Shown here one piece after another: positions 11,640 through 25,084 of a stretch of 64,000 bases of DNA. Source of the stretch: Rhynchobatus australiae (Eukaryota); NCBI GenBank assembly GCA_034780895.1, contig JAUZTB010000001.1, positions 45,588,111-45,652,110 of the forward strand. The letters are read 5' to 3'. Below the pieces are notes generated by a model. It saw only the letters and a program-made list of their open reading frames with translations, was not told where the DNA came from and searched no databases. Positions within the stretch are counted from its first letter, which is position 1. Every line of letters begins with the position of its first letter. The position numbers and the translations under genes are program-made.

Positions 11640-12250
11640 GGTCATTGGCTAGTCAGATCACATGCCTGGCTCATGTGTGGCTAAAACGACGCTGTAAAAG
11701 TTAGTGTTTTGTGTAAAGCTGCGGTCTACTGTACACGTATATCAGCAAATCTCGTAAAACCGACAATAAAATTCTAATACTACAAATCACTCGGCAAACT
11801 GAGGACTTCTAGGTTCCAATTTATTCTTTCCCGCTTTACAGGCTGGAGGCGAAAGCAGAATCTCCAGTTGTTGAACAGCCTTCCATTTTGCCATTAAACT
11901 TTACATAACCAGCGATCAAACCACATTTAAACTTTAACAGGATCAGAGCGCAAGCCCCATATACATCCTTGGTACCGGAATAGACGATTTTCGATGTCCA
12001 CCTTTATGCACAAGTTACAATGTCATGGTAGGGCTGAACAAAACAATGAGAGCAAACAGGAAACGATTCCAAGGAGGGGAGGAAAAACATACTGCTACCA
12101 ATGTTATACAAACAACTAAAAAGAGCGGTATAAAATTATGAGTAGCGGAGTTCAAAATCCACGCTGATAACGCAACGATGTTAAGATACATTCATAAACA
12201 GTTCTCAGATATGTAATCGAATTTACTTATATATTGCGCAATTAGGCGTT
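11640..12250 (+). pseudogene. Relic of lost HoxD7: conserved Hox7-type promoter/5'UTR plus decayed exon-1 remnant
   Basis: GTGTAAAgCTG...TATATCAgcaAATCTCGTAAAACCGACAaTAAAA...CTACAAATCAct-CGGCAAA matches the HOXB7/HOXA7 5'UTR as recalled, but the ATG is replaced (ggcaaactgagg). The downstream frame retains Hox7-spaced residues with stop codons. Confidence 0.7.
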
Positions 12251-14369
12251 ATACTTTTACAATGCCCTAATCCTGCCAGGTACAGTTGCCAACTTAAACA
12301 TCAATTAACCATTTCAAAATGAGAAGAGACAAATTTGCAAACTACAGTTTTGCTGTTAAGGTTTATAGAATATGTGCTGTGTATCCAATAAAAAAAACTG
12401 GCTTCATGCTTTATGTTAAAGCGAACGCATTTCATCGAATTCATACAATATCAGAAAGGTCCCAATTGACCAAGTAGATAAATGATTTCAGAAAATAAAT
12501 CAATGATTTAAGAAGTGATATCAAGATTTCATTTTCATGATTGTTTTCTCCAGTCGGCGGAATATTCTTAGCACGATTTAGTTCACCAGTTTTTCAAAAC
12601 TTATTCTCACAATCTAATCAAATTTCCCCACAATCGTATGCACAATTGCGTTTTCCCAATAGTGTTCCTGATATGAGTTTCCTTTAATAAAGAACGCTTA
12701 TCTGAAAAATGCAAAATCTCTATAATCAAATTCCAAACCAAATTATGAAACAGAGAGCTATTTTGCCTTTGCTGTATTTTATATTTTAGTGGATCAATTA
12801 TTTGTCTTCGTTGCATTGGAAACACCGACGGGTTGCACAATGACAATAGGTCTGGATCTGAGCAGTGATCTTATTAGATGATAGAAATCTCACTGGAGGG
12901 TTTCACCGGAGGAATGAATGATGCAAACAATCAGGAGGCTTTTTGAGTGGATTTAATCTGTGAAGGCGGGCCTTAAATTTCATAATTTCATCGATTATTT
13001 TTTTTAAATAACAATGATATCCAAAAATTCCCCGACCTTTAGAGATACGAGTTGAAACAGCCTTTGTGAATCCGTACAAGTGGATTCTTCGTTTTTTTTC
13101 CCAATCCATTCGCTGTTTTAAGAAGCAGTCTTCTGCAGAAAACTTCCCAGCCCATCCTGCGTATATTCCAACCTCCCCACCCCACTCCAGAAAAAGAATT
13201 TTTGGATTAAGAGCTAATGGAATTTCAAAGGTTTAACATTTTATTCATGTTGCTTTGTACTTTAATTTCGCGTCCCCAGCAGTTTTGTGGATATCGTGAG
13301 ATACGGTTGAGAAATGGGTGTTTAGCCGTTTAGCTTCCAGCGGACTGTTGTGTATTATTTCCGTAAAATTATTTTGAAGCATGAGTCCAGACACAATCTG
13401 CCTTCAACATACGTAACCCCGCGGGAAACGTGAGGCAAGGGAGAAAGGTGGATACCAAATATCTACCAAGCATCTTCTCCCCTAATGAATTTGCTGTGTA
13501 GCATTGTGACATTGGCTGCCGAGCTCCCTCGCCAGCAGCGAGGAGAACAATTGCAGATCAAACTGATTCAAACATTTTGCATTTTTCATCGGCGGTAAAT
13601 ATATTTGCACGGAACGGAGCTATTTTTATCAATTTAACCTAAGTTGTTGTGAACACTGGGATGTGTTATTTCATTTTATTTTCTCTCCTACAATGGAAAT
13701 AGGAGGGGCATAATGAAATATTCCACAGTGATTAGAAATGGAGGCTCGATATTTACCAAGACAGTCCCACATACTCAAAATCAGCTTCCTCTTTCTCACC
13801 TGTGTAGAATGCACCTCGGAACATTTATTGTAAGTTGTCACTCTGTTTACATTATTGCTTTTTATTGTTTGAATGAAAGCAGTCGCTATGGTGCAGATTT
13901 TAACTCAGTGGCCAAGCGTGTTTCAGATTCGCTTGCTTCCTATTCTTAACCCAGCCAAATAGAAAGGGCTCAGGAAATCATGTCAAAGCAAAATCCGGAA
14001 GCCCGTCTGATTCGTAATAGCCAACATTGGGAAATGTGAATCATACAAGCTTCATTATTTGCAGGAGTTATTTATTCGCGAGAAAACAAAATGTTATACT
14101 TGGCGCATTGAAAACATGGACTAAAAGGCCCTAGATTATCAAATTGCACGGGTTTGGTTGCTGTGGTGTGAAGTACCCACTGTAGAAAGAGTTATTCCAC
14201 TTTATGTTTACGTTGTTGCTGCACTTCCGCCTGTGTAGTTGGTTGGAAGGTTCGTTACAATGCATGTTATATAACAAATAGCTGTAGCAAAGAACTCGTT
14301 AAAGGAAACATGGCGCTTGCGAGCTGTACTTGCGAAATCCGCAAGGAATTGCTGCGAATTCCTTTTTGT

Positions 14370-14847
14370 TTGAAGAAAATTTACAACTTTGTAATGGACC
14401 TTTTACGAGGGAGTCCGCGCTCCCATTGGCTAGTTTTGGTCATGTGAATCAAGTAACTGCGTTCATGGCCTTTTCATGATTTCCCTTGTGAATATTTCAC
14501 TGCATTCCGCTGCTAACTCGTCTCAAACCGTCTTTTCTGTCAGTATCTCCCCTTCCCTGCTTTTGTCGTTGGTATTTGGCGCCAGCTGCTTGGGAAAAAA
14601 GGAAGACTTTCCGCTCTATTCGCGGTGTTCAATCCTTTTCTGTATAACTATGAGGAAGTCATTCGACTCATGCTGGGATTTAGCAATCTGATCTCTCTCA
14701 CAGACCTCTGACGTCTGCTTACAGTCTTTCATTTACCCTTCAATTCGCTTTACCTATTTTAAGTTATTTTGATAATCGAAACTGTACAAATGGAATACAA
14801 AATCCATCTGGTTCCTATTCTGGGGCAGCGGCATGAAACCGGTAAGT
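14370..14847 (+). promoter_or_regulatory. Orphan promoter and putative first exon (splice donor after 14841) in the Hox7-Hox6 interval
   Basis: GAAAATTTACAACTT...TTTTACGA...CATTGG(14425)...GGTCATGTG...CATG.CTTTT.ATGATTTCCC resembles the conserved distal promoter of long Hox3-6 transcripts in other clusters. A consensus donor CCG|GTAAGT follows at 14841/14842. Confidence 0.65.
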
Positions 14848-16209
14848 CTTTTTGCTCTTGCCTGCTCGGCTGTTGCAGATAGCAGTGTTGTAATGGGAAG
14901 CAACGACGTTGTCTTCGCTGGTTGAGTTCTCGGCAGCTGTTTGGCAGGTCGAGGAATGCTCGACATAAATTAATAAACAGCGAGACTGATTTTCAAACGG
15001 CGTATTCTAACCAGGTCCAGGTGGTCGATTGAGTACAAACGGTGGCTGTGCAGCAGATTAATTAGATATTTATTTTCCGCAATGAGACCGAGAGTTGCGA
15101 ATCTTGCCTATCTTTGAGATGATAGCCTTACTGCAAGCCAGCTGACATTTGTGGAGATTGGTCGGATTGCCTAGTTCAATTGAGATTTTTTTTGTTAAAA
15201 AAATATATATATTTTTGTTACTTTTATTACTGATGGCTCTCTGGTTCTGGTTAATTTGCGGGAGGGTTGCCAGGTGAACTGCTTCAGTGATTGGCGGCTT
15301 CAGTCTGTTTTTGCTGATCTGTGGTATTCCATGCTATTTTCTGTCTCGCAGCCGAGGGTGGGAAGGCTGGGCTCTTTTGCTCTGTCAAATGAAAAGTTGG
15401 AGCAATGAATGATGGATTTGTGTTAATGATCTTAATAAGCCTGTGAAGCAATCACTGGCTTTAGAAACATCGAGAGCTATGGGATTTTGGGGGAAATGCT
15501 TAGCTAACATTTTGATGATATTTTACCACGTGACAGTAGTTTGCGCAAATGAGCAGTACTCTTAGAATAATTTTCCCGCGGTCAACATCAGACATGTTTT
15601 CAATATGTTAATGACGAATAGAGGGTCATAGATATATCTAATATTTTGTCGTTGTGCAAATAATTTTGGTTTGTACATTTGGTGAATTGTTTTCTGGACA
15701 TGATATATCTAGTTGTGATTGTTCATACATCTATATTGCATGTAAAAACTGGAATCTCTCCATTCTGGGAAATGTTTTTGATTTGATGTAAACAGCTGCA
15801 ACTTCATATTAGTAACTTCATAATGTAACACAAGGAATAAAAGCATTGCAATCTTTTATTCTATTCTTATTTCTCAATGTTAATTATTAATTGCAAGAGT
15901 CTGTTGGGGAAATATAGTAATGGGAAATATGTAATGGGCAACATAGGATCATGTGTTATTGTAAGCAGAAAAGTAATGTGAATATTTCTATAATTGATTT
16001 CTTTTTCTTAGCCAATTGTTTGTATTTCCGCTGATTAAATATTCGGAAAGGATTGCTCATCAGAGATGTAGGAAGAAGTTTCCAGTTGCATGCACTTGAA
16101 AGTCAATATTATTCCACTATAAACTGATTCATCTTTCAGATTCCAGATTATTTACAGGAAACGAATAAAAATACATCAGCTTGACCCATGTAGTGTATGA
16201 TTATACAGA

Positions 16210-16745
16210 TATTAATTCAGCGCTGACCACTGGTATCTGTTTGCAAATGACATAATTAAAACCCCATTTTCTACCCGTGTCTATTGGACAGACCGACAGG
16301 TATATTGTTGAAATGAAACACCGGCCACTAATAATTAGGTCACAACGTTTTGCTGGAACCAAATAAATGTTTCGTGACATTGTTACCATTCTTCTATCAC
16401 AACATGAAAACTTAAATATTAATTGTCTACCTCAGGCATAACTGCCAAGAAAAATATGATATTTAAATTATGTCAGATCGTGACAGTGAAGTGCATAATA
16501 TTTTGCTTTATGGAAAAAGCGCCTCGATTTTTAAGCAGTGATTGGCTTTAATCATATTCCGCATTGTGTTTCCATATACTTTTCAATGCATCTGCGATCG
16601 CTACAATTTGTGGAACAGGAAAATATCATGCAGCAGTTTTTAATTAAGATCTTTTATCTCAGTTTAAAAAGTGAACAAGTTAAATATTTGTTAGATTTTT
16701 CTCGTTAAACTAAATCTGTTTTGCATTAAGTACACAGGTCAGTTT
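16210..16745 (+). pseudogene. Possible highly decayed HoxD6 relic
   Basis: ATTGG at 16283, ATG at 16367 reading MFRDIVTILLSQHENLNINCLPQA*L, with positional identities to HoxC6 as recalled. In-frame QENIM at 16616 and a donor ACAG|GTCAGT at 16737. Weak. Confidence 0.35.
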
Positions 16746-18245
16746 TTAGATTAGAGTAAAAGACTTACTGATGTTTCCTCAATTCTTTCTTCCTAATGAG
16801 ACATAATTTGGGTTAAAAAAAATCTCGGAACAAAACAAAAGTAAATCTTCATTATAGGTATAATTAGCAAGTGCGTATTTCCAAATCACGATTCCTCTGA
16901 CAATATTAAAGTGGGACTATTTATTTTCTTCAAGGCAAGCCAACAAAATATTCCATGATTTCTAAGTGGTAGATATGTATATCGTTTCGTGTGTGTGTTG
17001 TTTGGTTAATATGCAGAGTTATATTTGGAAGCTTAAAGCTGAAGGATTTTGCGCAGGATGCACTTTCTATTGTGGACCGACAACGCTCATATGTAATTAT
17101 CAATCAATTTCAGTACAGCATTCAAAATTTCTTTTTTAATGGACACATTTTAGTTCATCTGTGACAAAATGTGATCTGACTCTTCGCAACGTCGAATATC
17201 TTTTAATTCATAATGTTCTTTTTCACTTTTAATAAATATTTGTAAACGTAAACAACTCCCAATACGGATCCTGCATATTTAATCTAAGTGCCTCGCAGGA
17301 ATTAATTCATTGCGATCCTAGAAAATTGCTCACTCTTTACAGGACTGATAAACGAATTTCCAGATCGCGATCTTCTCCCGAATTTATTAGAAGGGCCAAC
17401 GCGCTGCAAAAGGAAAAATCAACAGAAAAAATATAATTAGCATGTGGTGCGAGAACTGGTTTCTTTATTCCACAGTATGAACGGGGATTCCAGTCACGTC
17501 TAGTGGAAGGTTAATTACGAGCTATTTTGCGTCAAAAGTTTCAAGGACATAGAGCGGTGGTCTGGATTTCTTTTTAATTTAGCTGCACTCAGAACTGGAA
17601 ACCAAACACTCAACTGTTCTTTAAGAACAGCTGATTAGTACAGAGCAAAGATAATTTCTTCCATCGACTGTCAGGCGGTTGCTGCAATGTTAGATTTACG
17701 AGTGCTCGAGTGCTAGACGGTTGGATTGTAGCAACTATGATCTTAGCCCAGAATTATAAAATAAAAACACAAATCAAAATTCCCCGACGATAAATGAAAC
17801 CAACCCCTATATTATGACATTTAATCTAAAATATACGTTAGCATGTTATTTTTGTTTCTTTTTCCGTTTAAATGTAATTCATCTTAAGTTATAAATTGCT
17901 CATCTCTTTAATATCATATTTCGGTTTAGAACACCTTCAATCCAGGCCCCATGCGGCACTACTGCGAAACCTTAATCCTGAAAAGACTCCAATAACTCGG
18001 AGATCTGTGCAATTTCAGACAACAATGGACGGTAGGGCCCAGCTCCCGACTGCGTACTATTTCTTGCATCAGGCATGAATTATTTCGCAATATTTTAGCT
18101 CCATTCTCTCAAGTACCTGCTGACAAGTATCAGGCAGAGGAGCACAAAGAGTCCGATTTGCTCACACCACAAGACAATCCTGTAAACACTGTAAATATAT
18201 TTCTACCACGTCCAATAAATCAAACTCTGTTCCAAACTAAAAATT

Positions 18246-18261
18246 GCGCGCGCGCGCGTGT
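18246..18261. repeat. (GC)n/(GT) alternating purine-pyrimidine run
   Basis: gcgcgcgcgcgcgtgt read directly. Confidence 0.7.
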
Positions 18262-19949
18262 TTGTGTAAGAGGCGCAGTGGCCAGATAAACTGATGATCC
18301 TATTTCATCAATTCACTTACTCACCCAGGTAGTTCGGGGAACACCCAATTTTAACCCCCCCCAAAAAAAAACAAAAGCGCCCAGCAACAGATAACTGAAA
18401 CCCACGTGCGTTAAATATTACTGCCACAATGGGCGGATCTTTGCCAAATTCTTCAGACTCAGATTAATGCAGTCAGTGTTTTGACATCGTTTCATTGCCT
18501 TCATTAGTTGTGCCGTTCCGGATCACAACCAAGCATTTATAATTCCCCTATTAATCAAGGAGGAAAAGGCAAACGGTGTTTTTAAATATTACATTTATTG
18601 CTGTCGCAGTTTTCCTGTATTTGTGGCCAACTGGAATTGATTCGATGTGTCTCTAACAGAGTGCTGCACCGCGAAACAATCTGTCCAAAGAAAGACAACG
18701 GGCCGAAAGTGCGGTCCTTGTAAGCTGCACCATTCGTTTTCGATAGCTTACCATATCGGTTCAGGAACTGCCTCAGTACGCATATTGATCAGATCTTGCA
18801 ACGGATCTAATAGAAATATTCTGACCCACTGTAGCTTAAAATGCAAGAAAAGCCACCGTACAGCTGAATTGCACAAAGGAAAAAAAGTGCAGAGCGCACT
18901 TCGCCTTGGGTTTTCGGTTATGTCGTGACTGGCCTCGACTTAACCAGTCACAACATAAAATAATTTATAAAATAATATAGATTCTTAATCCTTTTTTATT
19001 TCTTTAACCAATGTCCGATGAAAATAGAGAGCAAATACTCATCTAGAATCCTGACTTTAGTGCTCAAAAGACAGTAAACGATGAATCACGTGCTTGTAAG
19101 TTTAAAAAAACTAACTGCAAACTTTGTGAAGTTTTTCCGTAAAGGTATATGCTTTAACAATCTAAGGTAAACAATCGAAGTTCAATATTCTACGAAAATA
19201 ACACTGCAGTGTTTGTAAGCTTTAGTGATATGTGCAATGTGTACAAATGTGAATCGTACGTTAAGGGTTTTACCGAACAGAATAATTTCCCCGGTGTCTT
19301 TTAGCGCCAGGAACAGAATCTACAAACTCCAAACCGTTGAAGTAAAGATTGCAATAAGAATTGCGAAGTAATAATAATTACTGGAAATATTTAGGATTTT
19401 TTTCCTATCAAGCTCTTCGTCGTGAATCTAATTATTTACTTACAGTAAGCACCAAATTTTGGGGTAGAGTACATAGTTAATACAAAGTAGACGCGTTCTG
19501 ATTCAACACAGTAATTCCAGTTCAAACGACGTGACTTGTGCAATAAAACATGTTGAATTATTTGGAAGCAATTTCAGGTATTAAAATTATCGTATGAAAT
19601 TTTGAGTCTCGGGGTAATGTTATTTTACATCACAGTTTACGATAACTGCAATTTTAAATGAACGCATGCACTCAGTTTGTATTTATATAATCGCTTTGCA
19701 TGTGCTCACCGATAGATGCCTCCAATGTGTAACTGATAATTGTAGATAAAAAAAAGACTTCATAAGTTAACGATTATCCTACATGGCGAACCATGTTAAA
19801 AGCTGAAACCAGTGCGGAAAAAAATACATACAAACCCCTTTACGCATCAGTCTCTTTCAATTTTGCTTTGTCGATATGAGCCTGGCTTTCTCTACGTTTG
19901 TCAGAAGGAGGCGCTGTAGGACAAGGCTCGCTAAATCACAGCACGCATT

Positions 19950-20060
19950 CTCACTGCATGAATTACCCCCAGGGTCAGGCACAAGAATTTACGACTGGTC
20001 AACAAAAGCACGTGATCTAAACTTGTGTCCCATATTTGGTTGCATACGTAGGAGGCAGAG
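19950..20060 (+). promoter_or_regulatory. Conserved Hox5 promoter element
   Basis: GCATGAATTACC...ATTTACGACTGGTCAACAAAAGCACGTGAT...CCCATATTTGG.TGC.TACGTAGGAGG matches the HoxA5/B5/C5 upstream conserved block as recalled, about 100-200 nt before the ATG. Confidence 0.85.
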
Positions 20061-20159
20061 AAATGACATGTGCCTTTTATTTCCATATTTCATTATATAT
20101 CGCGCGTTCTGGTGGCGAATAAACGTCTAAGAACCACAAATCAATCCCCTAAAAGGCAG

Positions 20160-21223
<1,064 letters not shown>

Positions 21224-21389
21224 NNNNNNNNNNNNNNNNNNNNNNNNNNNNNNNNNNNNNNNNNNNNNNNNNNNNNNNNNNNNNNNNNNNNNNNNNNNNN
21301 NNNNNNNNNNNNNNNNNNNNNNNTAATTAGGTGAGTGTGGTCCCATCCAGCTACATGACGTAGGACAAGTTTTGCGTGGCTAGCTTTGT

Positions 21390-22435
21390 CAAAATTTAGT
21401 AAGGCACTTGACAAGTTCCTGCATGGTAGGCTAGTCAGCAAAGTTTCGGCACATAGGATCTCAGACAAAATGGCTAATTGGATCCAAGATTGGCTTGGTG
21501 ATAGGAGGGAGAGGGTGGTGGTGGAGGAAAGCTGTTTAATTGATTGGAAGTCTGGGACCAGTGGTGTACCTTGCTGTTTGTGATATATACTAATAACTTG
21601 GATATGAATGCAGGTGTGAATAGTAATTTGGTAGATGATATGAAGGGAATTTAGTCCTGAGATGTGTGAGGTGATGCATTTTGTCAAGTCAAATAGGGGG
21701 AGGATATATACAGTAAATAATAGTCCACTAAGTAATGTTGATGAACAAAGGGACCTTGGGGTTCAAGTCCATAGTTCCTTAAAAGTGACCACGCAGGTAG
21801 ATAGGGTGGTGATAGGAAGGGACATGGCATGCTTGCCTTCATAGGTTAGAACATTGAGTATAAGTTGGGATTTTTTTTGCAACTTTAAGAAGAATACTAG
21901 TTAGATTGCACTTGGAGTATTGTATGCAGTTTTGGCTGCCACACCACTGGGAGGATGTAGTTACGCTGGAGAGAGGGCAGAGGAGATTCACCAGGAAGTT
22001 GTCTGGGTTGGATGACTTTAGTTATGAAGGGAAAGTGGATAAAGCTGGGCTTGTATTCCACAGAGTTACAGAGGCTGAGGAGTGACCTGATAGAGGTACA
22101 TTAAATTATAAGAGACATGGGGTAGATAGAACCTTTTTCTCATGGTAGGGACATTAAAAACAAACAGGTATAGGTTTAATGTCAGAGGAAGGGGTTTTAA
22201 AAGGGATTTGAAGGAGGTTTTTTTAAAACGCAGTGATTGGTTGATATCTGGAACTCACTGCCAGAAGAGCTGGTAAAATCAGATCCAATCACTATGATCA
22301 AGAAACAGGTAGATACACACTATAACAGGCAAGGATGCAGAGCTCATGTAGGTAAATGCGATTAATGTAGATGGGTATACAGGTTGGCATGGATGTGGTG
22401 GCCAAAGGGCCCTTTTCTGTGCTGTACATCTTCCA
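21390..22435 (+). mobile_element. 5'-truncated, internally deleted CR1-clade LINE (HER1-like) fragment
   Basis: Decayed RT motifs: FSKALDKFLHGRL, ANWIQDWLGDRRERVVV, SGVP, LLFVIY..NLD, S(K)F(A)DD-like SNLVDDMK, CEVMHF, EQRDLGVQVH, HLEYCMQFW.P, LERGQRRFTR. It ends in a GCCAAAGGGCCCTTTTCTGTGCTGTA tail resembling the elasmobranch HER1/HE1 3' end. Many stops and frameshifts. Confidence 0.92.
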
Positions 22436-25084
22436 GTACTCCCTCTGACCCTGCAGGATGAAGGATGGAGGATGAAGAAGACATTTGACTTCTAAAAACA
22501 GAAGAATGTCATTGGTTTCTAAAATTAAGATCTGATAATGAAACTGGTAAGGCTTGACTTTGAAATGCAGGATTTGAGAGAAAGTGATTTAAGCAATAAT
22601 TTGATTATGGTGGAGGAAATCTTTAAGATGACTTCTGAGAATTAACAGAAGATCATTCGACCAACAGGCTTGACATTTTTCATATATCTCAATTCACTTA
22701 TAATTTTGTTTTACTTGTATCTCTATCAGCCAAAAGTCAACTTCACAATGTTAAAATCAATGTGAAATGTTCTTTGTACTTTATAACTTTGTTAAAGCAG
22801 CCTGATATTCTCAGGTGTTATTTTGGTTTTGTCTGTATAATTAATGCTAATCAATTTTAACTGTTATTATAATTCAGAGAATGTGTGAAAAGTAATTACT
22901 TAGAAATCTGCTACAAGCTACTTTTTATCCTTAATTACTGAATAACTGACGCTCAGCACAGTGTCTACATCTGACTGATAAATGAGCAACAATGACCTGA
23001 CTGTCCTCTTCCCTCCCAATGCCATTCCTGCATCATTCTTACAGCACAGCCTTCTGTTTCTCCCTAGCTCTCGTGATAAGCTTCAGATCCTTTCTTCCGA
23101 TTCACAGCAGAAGACCAAATAGAACATATGATATTACTGCAGCAACAGCAGGATAACTTGAAGGCATCTGTTCTTTTGTTACCAGAATTTTAGTGAAATA
23201 CAATGATGGTAGATGCATTAATTTATTTCATATTATATTCAATTAAATTATGAAACTCAACTAAATGCACAATTGCACATTCGCACCATAGAGTTGTCAT
23301 TACAGTTAATGCCGTGAAACAGCTGAAAAACTCAAACTATCAAAATTATATTTTCTTATTTGCCCACACTATTTCAACCCAGTAATAAGACTATTAACAG
23401 TGAGGACTGAGGTCAGGAATAGCTCAACAGTGGGATATAAAAATGACAGATACAAGATAAATTGAAACATCTGGTATAGAAACTTCAGTTAAAGGAATAT
23501 TGAAAAAGGGGTGTAAAAATTGTCACTTACTGCCATTGATATTTATACCCCATTAATGGTGGCATCTTTCAAAGACTTCTTTAATTGCTGGAAATGACTG
23601 GCAGCAAAAGAGGTGAAATCCTTTTTAACATGTGTCACCCAATTACAAAAGGGAACTGTGTAAGGGGGTGTCTGAAATACTTTTTGGCGGATTCTTTTTG
23701 TTGGATGCACTCTCTCTTCATTAGTTTCTTCGATAATAACTAGTTACTTTGCAGATGTAAAAGGGCAGCTTTTCTATGAAAAATATATATTTATAATATC
23801 TATGCCTAAATTTAGATCAGAAGAGAGAACAATAAAGAGGTCAGCCAGCGTAATGCAGCCAAGCAAACCGTTTACCACCGAGAGCAGAATGAAGTTGTTC
23901 TCTGTGTCTGGTTGCTGAACAAACCAATCTTCTACCGGATGAGAGTTTCATTAAAACTATAATTTGATCATGTTTTGAAAAGCTAGATAAATATTGTTGC
24001 TTTCATCTTTTTTTTACATCAACAGTGATTTTTTTGTTTGATTAATGCTGGGAATCGTTGCTGTGATCCCAGGTATATCTTGTGATGTATATTCTGTACA
24101 TATATAATGTTTAAATGTCTGACTTTGTGCTATATAAATGAAATGAGTGGTGTTTTTGTCTACAACATTGAAATAAACCCAGTTTTACCAAAAAAAATTA
24201 ATCTATTGTTTTTAGCTCCAATGCATGTACAGAAGTACTGGCAACTGGCCACTTGTGAAAGAACCAATGCGATTATTCGCACTTTGCTTCTATTCACCCG
24301 ACTCATGACTTCTTAGAATTTCATAAGAAGTCCTGGAACTGAGCTCGCCTCGAATGTTTTCTGTCACATATTATTCTTGGCCAGAATCCTTGGCGGACCT
24401 GACAACTGTTCGATATTTTAGTTTATTTAAGGGAAACATGCCTTCGTTCAGAAACTTCATCATCGAGATTCCAGACATGTTCATTTACATAAGACAATTT
24501 GATAATCTGTTGTCTATTGGTGGAACAATACAAGTTGATTTTCTTTTAATTGATGGCTATTAACATTAAATATTTTGAAAATGTATAAATCCATTGGTGG
24601 GACTTAACTGGAAGAGCTTTGGGAACCATGGAGTTCTCTTTTAGTTTCCATAGCACTGAATAAGCTTAGCATGAGAAACTGAAATGGGGATTTAAACTCT
24701 GTATTTATCTCTAAAGCAGGATGAAATAGCAGATGACTGAAGCAATCGTAATAGGAAAACAATGTCATAGGAAACTCTTAATGTCAAAAAGGAATTCTTG
24801 TTTGCATTCCTAATCGACTCAGTTGTATTTCACTGTAGCTCACAAGCTATCGGTCACAGATACACACGGTGTATTTACACTTACCAAATCTAATAGATCG
24901 CCGTGGCTGCATTGGAAATGCCCAAATTGCGCCTTAAAATAAAGAAAACTTATTCTCCAAGGCACTGGTCCTCTGGGTACTCAGATATTTAGCTTTATAT
25001 TACTGAGAGAACATTTCAATGAACATGGCTGTCTTTAATGAATAAAAGTTTTAAAGTTTAAGGGTTATTTATATGGACGCCTCA

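Noticed and set aside
12030-12046. GGGCTGAACAAAACA, a word also recalled from the Hoxc8 early enhancer
   Set aside because: It is isolated, without the flanking enhancer elements, and may equally be the EQN remnant of Hox7 exon 1 or chance.
12500-13400. Homeobox remnant for the HoxD7 relic
   Set aside because: No ELEKEF- or WFQNRR-like trace could be recognised by eye.
15005-15095. Patchy similarity to the HoxC6 5'UTR (GAGTACAAAC...AGACCGA)
   Set aside because: Short scattered words with no coding remnant following. The 16.2-16.7 kb candidate fits better.
20070-20159. Long N-terminal extensions shown in the ORF track for the Hox genes (GTG/TTG starts)
   Set aside because: Artefact of alternative start codons in the track. 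The conserved ATGs lie downstream.
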